In this document: in pieces, positions 58,430-64,000 of the stretch
Numbering within the stretch: position 1 is the stretch's first letter
How the letters are laid out: each line of letters begins with the position of its first letter
Virus record (IMG/VR): IMGVR_UViG_3300033407_000006
Span: 1 to 64,000 of that record
From: a virus
Taxonomy: Duplodnaviria; Caudoviricetes
Reading direction: 5' to 3' (one strand)
DNA length: 64,000 nucleotides
Position numbers and translations under genes: made by a program
The notes under the pieces: model-generated
Seen by the model: the letters and a program-made list of their open reading frames with translations, nothing else
Told to the model about the DNA's origin: nothing
The model's database searches: none

Positions 58430-58606
58430 ATGCCAAAACACGAAATAAAACATACCTCTGGTGGAAGTGCCGAAATGAGCTGGATTCAACCTGTTTGTTC
58501 CTGTGGCTGGGTCGGGTCGAAACGCTACGGCTACGAAGATTACCAGTACGCATTGGTCAAGCAACAAGAAGCGGCACACCTTGCAAGACCGGACCAGTCG
58601 CCGTAA
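58430..58606 (+). CDS. Small hypothetical protein (island 2)
   Basis: 58 aa, 'CSCGW', RBS AAGGAG. Confidence 0.55.
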   Translation: MPKHEIKHTSGGSAEMSWIQPVCSCGWVGSKRYGYEDYQYALVKQQEAAHLARPDQSP

Positions 58607-58651
58607 AACGAATCTCGTTCATTGAACGAGATTCTTCACATTTCAACGCAT

Positions 58652-58685
58652 AAAAAAAGGCCCCTCGTTTCCAAGGGGCCTTTTT
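58652..58685. terminator. Bidirectional terminator
   Basis: A7-GGCCCCT-8-AGGGGCC-T5. Confidence 0.8.
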
Positions 58686-58708
58686 CGTGCACCGATAGGG
58701 AGGGAGGT

Positions 58709-59122
58709 CTATCGGTACAGCTTCCGGGCAATCGAAACGCGCTCTGCGTCGTCGTCGGTAAGCGTATAGCTGAGAGTTTCGCCGCCGTCAATCTCGAAAG
58801 TGTGAACAACCCGGTTGCGGTCGATCTCGAACATGACGTTGTAATAGCTCATGGCGGCAAGTAGGTTCGTGGTTTCATCGCCGTAATCCAGGGCGGCGAA
58901 GGCGGCGTCATCGATATCTTCGCCGAAGTCGAGAGTCCCACGGTCAATCAGGGCCTTCTTCACCAGCCACCAGTAAGGACCGAAGGCCCGGTAATGGTCG
59001 GGGTTCCTGATCAGATACCGGGTCATGGTTGCGGTGAATTTGTTTGCCCAATCCTCGGGCTTGATCTTGGCCGTGGCCTGCAACAGCAGGGGGGCAAGCT
59101 CTTCCTTGGTCGGTTTGCGGAT
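58709..59122 (-). CDS. ulx: Ulx-like protein
   Basis: 'RNPDHYRAFGPYWWLVKKALIDRG' resembles P1 Ulx 'KNPRLYRSYGPYWPEIKKLLLERG'; downstream of darB. Confidence 0.7.
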   Translation of the reverse strand: MRKPTKEELAPLLLQATAKIKPEDWANKFTATMTRYLIRNPDHYRAFGPYWWLVKKALIDRGTLDFGEDIDDAAFAALDYGDETTNLLAAMSYYNVMFEIDRNRVVHTFEIDGGETLSYTLTDDDAERVSIARKLYR

Positions 59123-59130
59123 TCGCTCTA

Positions 59131-59373
59131 TCATAGCAGGGCCTCTTTCAAAAGTTGCTCGCACAAGGGGGCGAGTTCGTGGTTTTGTTCGCTCAGAACC
59201 TTCAGCGCCTTCTCCAGCGCCGCCGTTTCGTGAAAGCGGGTCTCTTTCATCCCGGTGACTTCCGCCGCGAACTGGAAGACCTTTTTTGCGTCCGCGCTGA
59301 TGCGGTAATGAACGTGCTCTCGCCGTCCACCTCGGGGAACCTTGAATTTTCCGTACTTTCCGGCCTTGGGCAT
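59131..59373 (-). CDS. Ribbon-helix-helix-like protein
   Basis: 'HVHYRISADAKKVFQFAAEVTG'. Confidence 0.55.
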   Translation of the reverse strand: MPKAGKYGKFKVPRGGRREHVHYRISADAKKVFQFAAEVTGMKETRFHETAALEKALKVLSEQNHELAPLCEQLLKEALL

Positions 59374-59427
59374 TTGCTACCTCCTTGTGAAGAAGGTAGC
59401 AAGCCCATCTTTTTTGTCAACACAAAA

Positions 59428-62400
59428 TTACGACAGGATTTCGTACAGGTCTTCGAGGTTGACCGTCGAAGGCACATGCCACCAAGAGCCCTTGAACTCT
59501 CCGGGTTCATCAGAAAAGTACTTGGCATCGTAGCGGGCTTTAAGGGTTTCTTTCCGCGCTCTCAGGTTCCCGTTCCATCCCTTTGTATCCTGAATCAGCA
59601 GGCGGCTGAACGGGGCGAAGGTCTTGCGGGAAACGACAAGGTTGCCGGTGTTGATTTTCACGATCATGCCGATTTTACGGAAAGCCTCAACGATGTTTTC
59701 GGGCACTTCCTTGTAATTCGGGTCGGCCTTCAGGGCTTCCTGCTTGGCCAGCTCCGCTTCTTCCTGCTCGGCCCTGGCGATCCGCTCGGCCTCTTCCTTG
59801 ATGGCCTGGGCCCGCCCGTCGATTTCCGACTTCTTGGCCTTCATGAAGTCATTCGCCCATTGCTGGATTTCGGCCCGGTTGTCTCCAAGCGCGAAGCCAG
59901 CGCTTTGAAGCGCGGTTGACCAACTCCCCACCGAACGCCAGGGCCCGTAATAGCCCCCGTTGTTGATGGCCTCCTTCAGGATCGCGTCCGTCCAGGGACC
60001 GGACGTGTTCGCCGCCTTGGCCGATTCGACAAAGGCTTCATGAGCGGACGCCAGCGCCTCCAGCACGTCGCCTTGCGTTGCTCTTGTCCCGTACTCGACA
60101 GCCTGGGTCTCAAATCCGGCCCCGAAAAGTTCGGCCATGGTCCGTTTGACGGCGTAGAGGCTTGATGCTCCCGAACGGACCATGCCCAGGTAAAACTTGA
60201 AAGCGATCTCTCTGAACGAGGAATCGTTTTTGTCCGGGTAAAGCAGGGTGTTTTTCTCCCGGTCGAAGTAATCGAACGCGACGCCTCCATCAGGGTTGCG
60301 AACGAAAACAGGGTTGTAGACCTGGACCTTCACCTTGTCGTAATGCTCCAGAAAGGTTTCCTTGTCGATTCCGGCAGCCAAGTCCGCATAGGCAAACTCG
60401 GTATTGAGCACCTTCACCAGATTGAGTTCGGCCTCGGAGTAAGTGACCTGCATCGCCTCTTCACGGTCAAGCGTCCGAATCTCGCGCCAGCCGTGGACCG
60501 TCTTGCCCTCGAAGTCTTTCGCGTACTCGAATTTCGTGGCGGGCAGCGAATTGCCGATGATCATCTCTGCGGTGAAGCCGCGCAATTCGTGGTTCACCTC
60601 CTTGATTTTGAAAATGCGCGTCGTGCTGCTATCGGCCCGATATTCCCAGGTATCGCCCACGGCAACCAGCTTCCCGCCTGGCGTCGATAGGACTTCCCCG
60701 GCCCGCTCTATCAGCTCGGCATCGAATGGCAGGTCGTTCTTCGCCGCCTTGGCCTTCAGTTCGAGCTTTGTCCGGGTGATCTTGGCCGCCAGATCCGTCT
60801 TCTTGGCGTCGAAGCGAACGTCAAGCGTTGCCAGCAGGTTTTCGGCCTTCTTGAGGTTGTCCTGCTTTTTCCCGATTTTGGACCCGATAGATTTCCGCTC
60901 GTCGCCGGTTGCGCTTTGGCCTTTGGTTTTCAGGGCGTCGATTTCCAGGGTCAGAGTGCGGATCTCTTCGGCGAGGTTCTTGCGCTGCTCTTCACGGCCT
61001 GCTTCCAGCTTGGAGAGCGCCGCCTCGTTGGATGCGAGTACCTGGAGTTTGTTGACCGATGCGGCCCGGCTGCGCTCCCGGTCTTTTTCCTCCTTGGCCT
61101 TCCTGATTTCAGCGAGCTTTTGCTTTGCCGCCTCGGGGTCCGCCTCGAACATCAGCATGAGTTCGTCGGTGTCCGTGGCGTTGGCGTTCTTTGCCGTGGC
61201 CTCGCCGTTTTTGCTGAACAGTTCGTTGAGCCAGCCCTTCTTGGTGTTGAGCGTGTTCAGCCGGTAGCTGTCGAAACTGCGCTTGGCCTGATAGTAGTAG
61301 ATTCGGACCTTGCCCGCCGTGTTGCCCTGGCGCAGGCCGCGCCCGTTGCGCTGGGTGATGCTTGCCGGGGTCCAGGGGAAGGTCAGGTGGTGGATTCCCG
61401 TCGTCCCCTTCTGGAGATTCAGGCCCACCTCGGCCTTCTTGTTGGCGATGACGATGCGGACGGAACCGGAGTTGTACGCCGCCGCGATTTGCTGAACCAC
61501 ATCGTCCTTGGCTTCGTCGGCATTGATGATGGCGATCTTGGTTTCGTCCATGCCGAGATTGTGCGCCAGGATGCGCCGCAGCTTGCCGTGCTGGGTCTTC
61601 TCGTCGGTGAAGATGATTTGCTTTCCGTTCGCCTCCACCTCCGTGCGGCAATTCTCTACCAGCTTGGCGTACTTGGGGGTCAGGGGGTGCGATACCGATT
61701 GAGGGTCGATTTTGAATTTGCCGAACTTCTTGACGATCTCGCCCTCGTAGCCCTGATTGACCGTCACGATGTAGGTTTCGCCGGATTCCTTTTTCACCAG
61801 TGCGTCAGCAAGGCGAATGGTGCGCTTGATGGCTTTTTGAGGCTTGCCCTGCTCCGAAAGATCCTCGTTGAAGTCCGGGTCTCCGATCCGGGGGGTGACG
61901 CTGATTTCAATCGACTCCTTTTGAGCCGCGAGCAGGGCATCCACCTTGCTCTTTTCGGACGCCTGAAAATGGAAGGTGATAACGCCCCGGAAAAGATCCA
62001 TGTCGGTCGTCACCGTCTCCATGTCGCGCATGATGGAGAAGATCGGCCTGGGGTTCGCGCTCGGTACGCCCTTGAGCATGTCGGACGCTTCGCGGCGCAG
62101 GCGTTCGTAGTTGGTCTCCTGCTCCGGGGCCATGCCCACTTCTTCGTTCAGCTCTTCGCCTTCTGGCAGCTCCAGCCCTACATCGTTGGCGTTTTTGAGC
62201 GTCGCGTATTTGTTGAACAGCGCCCGCAGGCCGTCAAGGTTCTTGAAGCCGACAAGGCCCTCCTTGGTGACGGTTTCGGCGGCAACGGTCAGCTTGTCCA
62301 CCATGGCCGTCTCCCCGAACTCGCGCATGAAATCGTCGGGGTTGGAGATGCCCCTCGCCTCGAATTCCTCGAAAGGAATCACCTGGGCCAGGGAGTTGAA

Positions 62401-64000
62401 GATCTCCAGCGGGGAGTTGGTCACGGGGGTTGCCGAGAGCTGATAGACGCCGCGCCCGCCGTTCATCTCCCGGATGACATCGGCCTTGAGCTGCATGTCA
62501 AGGCCGCGCTGAGAGGGGTTGATCTGGGAGACGAAAGCGAGGCTGCTGGTTTTCTCCCCTCCGGCGAAGCTGTTCTTGAACGCATGGGATTCGTCGGTGA
62601 TGATGTCAGTAAAGCCCAGATCTTCCAGGTAGGGGAGCTGGTCTTTTTTGTCTCCGATGTTCGAGAGGTCTCCCTCCAGCCGCTCGGCCTTTACGGCATC
62701 GCCGTAAGAAACCTTGTCGTTCTTCTCGGCATCTTTCAGGGTTTTTTCGTCCATCAGGCCGCGCTTCGTCCATTTATCGACGAAGGCGCTCATGGTTGCG
62801 GGCTTGACGGGGATATCCTTGAGCTTTTCGTGTGTCATGACGATCAGGGAGTAGTTCGACTGCGGAATCCTCCACATATCCCGAAGCACGTCTTCCCGGT
62901 CGTTCCGCACGATGAGCCGATCCCGCCACATGGGATTGCCGTTCTTGTCCGTGGCCTGATTGCCCTCTTCGTCAAGAACGGGCTCCTGCATGACGGTTCC
63001 GTCTTTGCCGAGTTCGGGCTCCAGCCCGACGAAAAGAACCTGATCCATGTTGCCGAGGAAGGTCTTGGATTCGTGATACCAGTTCGACAAGACTGAGTTG
63101 GGAACGGCGATGCAGGTTCGCTTGGAGCGTCCCATCTGCTTGTTGTAGGCGTAGAGGCCCAGGGCGGTGAACGTCTTGCCCACGCCGACATCGAAACCGA
63201 TAAGACCGCCGCCCATTTCGGAGCGGTTGCGGATCTCTTCGTTCTGGTGAGGCTTCAGCGTGATTTGCCCCGAGACGTTTCTCAGCCCCAGGTCTTCGCC
63301 GCTGTGCTCGAAGGGCAGATACCCGTTGTATTTACGGTCGTAGGCGTCCAGAACGTCGGATATGTCGCCGTGGCTCTTCATCCAGGCGTTGAACTGCTCT
63401 TCGATCCCCTGGATATACTCGAAGTATTCCGTTTTCGCCTCAGAAGCGGTTGCATCGGCCCGGTTGCCCCCGCGCACGTTGTCACCGTTGAGGTACTTCT
63501 CGAACTGGTTGCGCTCTTTCTGGAGCGACTTTCCAGCCTCAAGCTGCCACTCACCGAAGGGGTTGTCCGTGTTCTCCACAAACTGTTTTTTCTCTTCGGT
63601 CTGCCCGTTGTAGGGGTTCTCCGTCGTCACCAGCTCAACGGCCCCGTAGCGGGCCTTGGGGAATCCGAATTGACGCAGGAACGCCAGGGGATACTTCTTG
63701 TCGATCCACTTGGAACGCAGGGAGAATGTCAGGCGCTCGGGGTCGATGCGGGGGCGCAGTTCATCGATCCGGCGGACCTGTGACAGGAATTTCGCCCGAA
63801 GGCGTTCGTCCTTTTCCGAAGCCGCAGCGTCGTACAGGGCCGCGATCTTCGGGAAGATATCGCCGCTGCAATACCGCCCCATGGGTTCAATCATGCCGCC
63901 GGGGGTAATGGCGATACCCTCCACGTCCGCCAGATCGGCCATGGATTCGATTTTGCGCCCGCCGGTATAGAGATCCTTGATGGTCTCCAGGTCGATTTCC
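59428..64000 (-). CDS. darB: DarB-like giant SNF2 helicase (antirestriction), 5' end outside the window
   Basis: 'FDVGVGKT', 'ITDESHAFKN', 'LSATPVTNSP', 'TQRNGRGLRQGN'; frame stays open to 64000. Confidence 0.88.
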   Translation of the reverse strand, partial: EIDLETIKDLYTGGRKIESMADLADVEGIAITPGGMIEPMGRYCSGDIFPKIAALYDAAASEKDERLRAKFLSQVRRIDELRPRIDPERLTFSLRSKWIDKKYPLAFLRQFGFPKARYGAVELVTTENPYNGQTEEKKQFVENTDNPFGEWQLEAGKSLQKERNQFEKYLNGDNVRGGNRADATASEAKTEYFEYIQGIEEQFNAWMKSHGDISDVLDAYDRKYNGYLPFEHSGEDLGLRNVSGQITLKPHQNEEIRNRSEMGGGLIGFDVGVGKTFTALGLYAYNKQMGRSKRTCIAVPNSVLSNWYHESKTFLGNMDQVLFVGLEPELGKDGTVMQEPVLDEEGNQATDKNGNPMWRDRLIVRNDREDVLRDMWRIPQSNYSLIVMTHEKLKDIPVKPATMSAFVDKWTKRGLMDEKTLKDAEKNDKVSYGDAVKAERLEGDLSNIGDKKDQLPYLEDLGFTDIITDESHAFKNSFAGGEKTSSLAFVSQINPSQRGLDMQLKADVIREMNGGRGVYQLSATPVTNSPLEIFNSLAQVIPFEEFEARGISNPDDFMREFGETAMVDKLTVAAETVTKEGLVGFKNLDGLRALFNKYATLKNANDVGLELPEGEELNEEVGMAPEQETNYERLRREASDMLKGVPSANPRPIFSIMRDMETVTTDMDLFRGVITFHFQASEKSKVDALLAAQKESIEISVTPRIGDPDFNEDLSEQGKPQKAIKRTIRLADALVKKESGETYIVTVNQGYEGEIVKKFGKFKIDPQSVSHPLTPKYAKLVENCRTEVEANGKQIIFTDEKTQHGKLRRILAHNLGMDETKIAIINADEAKDDVVQQIAAAYNSGSVRIVIANKKAEVGLNLQKGTTGIHHLTFPWTPASITQRNGRGLRQGNTAGKVRIYYYQAKRSFDSYRLNTLNTKKGWLNELFSKNGEATAKNANATDTDELMLMFEADPEAAKQKLAEIRKAKEEKDRERSRAASVNKLQVLASNEAALSKLEAGREEQRKNLAEEIRTLTLEIDALKTKGQSATGDERKSIGSKIGKKQDNLKKAENLLATLDVRFDAKKTDLAAKITRTKLELKAKAAKNDLPFDAELIERAGEVLSTPGGKLVAVGDTWEYRADSSTTRIFKIKEVNHELRGFTAEMIIGNSLPATKFEYAKDFEGKTVHGWREIRTLDREEAMQVTYSEAELNLVKVLNTEFAYADLAAGIDKETFLEHYDKVKVQVYNPVFVRNPDGGVAFDYFDREKNTLLYPDKNDSSFREIAFKFYLGMVRSGASSLYAVKRTMAELFGAGFETQAVEYGTRATQGDVLEALASAHEAFVESAKAANTSGPWTDAILKEAINNGGYYGPWRSVGSWSTALQSAGFALGDNRAEIQQWANDFMKAKKSEIDGRAQAIKEEAERIARAEQEEAELAKQEALKADPNYKEVPENIVEAFRKIGMIVKINTGNLVVSRKTFAPFSRLLIQDTKGWNGNLRARKETLKARYDAKYFSDEPGEFKGSWWHVPSTVNLEDLYEILS

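Larger units (their letters stand above)
1..64000. mobile_element. P1-like temperate myovirus genome segment (both window ends lie inside phage genes)
   Basis: P1-syntenic head, tail, baseplate, terminase, portal and DarB genes across the window; no host housekeeping operon. Confidence 0.93.

Noticed and set aside
59131-59373. P1 lxc orthologue
   Set aside because: Similar size and neighbourhood, but no sequence resemblance to Lxc that I can recognise
1-64000. Integrase, Cre, parAB or repA genes
   Set aside because: No supporting motifs in any ORF of this window

Overview
The whole window is phage DNA: a GC-rich, P1-like (Punavirus-type) myovirus. The Ssb sequence suggests a Desulfuromonadales-type host (inference). 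Almost all genes are on the minus strand. Virion modules follow P1 order: gp16-bplA-pmgA-tape measure-pmgB-tub-pmgC-bplB-pmgG-21-22-23; 5-6-24-7-25..26; pacA/pacB (pacB with an intein in Walker A); prt-pro-lysis; darB-ulx. No P1 plasmid replicon or par genes are seen. Instead there is a lambdoid O/P-like replication pair, SbcCD and RdgC recombination genes, a cI/cro switch, and a tyrosine-integrase-type attP (3' half of tRNA-Phe, arm repeats, IHF-like site). No integrase lies in the window. The most striking feature is two integron-type gene-cassette arrays (21596-24268 and 36881-39136). Together they hold 10 well-formed attC sites and 11 cassettes, and each array begins at the same attI-like half site. 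Every cargo gene points opposite to the canonical integron direction, and no IntI is present in the window. P1 gene names come from recalled sequence motifs plus synteny, not from a database search.
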